From an uncultured Candidatus Rokubacteria bacterium (lineage in GTDB: Bacteria; Methylomirabilota; Methylomirabilia; Rokubacteriales; DASRDR01), in NCBI GenBank assembly GCA_963826115.1, contig CAWGVS010000008.1, positions 30,118 to 94,117 of the forward strand: 64,000 bases of DNA, written 5' to 3'. The notes beneath the pieces were generated by a model, which saw only the letters and a list, made by a program, of their open reading frames with translations, was not told where the DNA came from and searched no databases. The first letter of the stretch is position 1. Every line of letters begins with the position of its first letter. Shown in pieces: positions 61,179-64,000 of this stretch. Made by a program: the position numbers and the translations under genes.

Positions 61179-61817
61179 CTACCGCGGCCGGGCCGCGGCG
61201 TTGCGCCGGGCCCGCCACCACTCCACGCCGATCGGAATCAGCGACACGACGATGACGACCGCGATCACGATGTGAATGTACCGCCCGATGTCCGGAATCG
61301 TCCGGCCCAGAAGGTAGCCCGCCCACGTCAGGCTGAGGACCCAGCCGATGCCCCCGAAGACGTTGTAGGCGAGGAAGCGCCGATAGTCCATGCGGCCCAC
61401 CCCGGCGACCACCGGCGCGAACGTCCGGATGATGGGGATGAACCGGGCCAGGACGATGGTCTTGCCGCCGTGGCGCTCGTAGAACTCGCGCGTCCGGTCC
61501 AGGTGGCCCCGGCTGAACCAGCGCGAGTCCTCCCGCGTGAAGATGTGGGGGCCCGTCCGGTAGCCGATCGCGTAGCCGACGCTGTCGCCCACGATCGCCG
61601 CCACGCTCAGCAGCAGGTTCAACAGCCAGATGTCGAGGCCGCCGGCGGCGGCCACCAGGCCCGCGGTGATCAGGAGCGAGTCGCCCGGCAGGAAGAACCC
61701 GATGAGCAGCCCGGTCTCGGTGAACACGATGGCGACGAGCGCCACGTATCCACCCCAGCGCACCAGCTCGTAGAGCGCCGCCGGGTCGGTGAGGGCCTGA
61801 AGGAGCTGCTCGACCAC
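61179..61817 (-). CDS. dedA: DedA family membrane protein
   Basis: VFTETGLLIGFFLPGDSLL, GDSVGY, LARFIPIIRTFAP. Confidence 0.94.
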   Translation of the reverse strand: MVEQLLQALTDPAALYELVRWGGYVALVAIVFTETGLLIGFFLPGDSLLITAGLVAAAGGLDIWLLNLLLSVAAIVGDSVGYAIGYRTGPHIFTREDSRWFSRGHLDRTREFYERHGGKTIVLARFIPIIRTFAPVVAGVGRMDYRRFLAYNVFGGIGWVLSLTWAGYLLGRTIPDIGRYIHIVIAVVIVVSLIPIGVEWWRARRNAAARPR

Positions 61818-61829
61818 CGGTTCGTCGCG

Positions 61830-64000
<2,171 letters not shown>

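Overview
Very GC-rich bacterial chromosomal window of mostly housekeeping genes, almost all on the minus strand. No IS element, prophage, CRISPR array or rRNA was seen. The gene set indicates a diderm (SurA, LpxL-like acyltransferase, MltD); a Rokubacteria/Methylomirabilota-like or deltaproteobacteria-like origin is an inference only. In transcription order (right to left): hppA-dedA-[DUF47/pit deletion scar]-lpxL-like-hypothetical-mltD, TAT-exported binding protein-thiS/moaD, selC-DUF3105-lipoprotein-selA-selB-tatA, two GT-C-like membrane glycosyltransferases, ileS-lspA-rluD-yvcK(glmR)-glmU-glmS-pcrA-gatCAB, ftsEX-envC-ctpA-tsaD-ntrB/ntrC-like-crcB, a stand-alone nuoLMN-ridA unit, a glycerophosphodiester cluster (nagD-like HAD, glpD, ugpBAE, lipoprotein, GDPD, glpK), an orphan binding protein plus diheme cytochrome c, a plus-strand protease-protease-LuxR cassette, and atpZ-atpI-atpB-atpE-rex-mfd-surA. 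Best leads: a sigma54 promoter in front of glmS, a Rex box over the promoter of an F0-only atp operon that contains rex, a fused DUF47/PiT remnant, a frameshifted GDPD leader forming a doubly TGATG-coupled mini-ORF, and the protease pair with a pseudo-receiver LuxR regulator. Starts were read by eye and no database searches were run.
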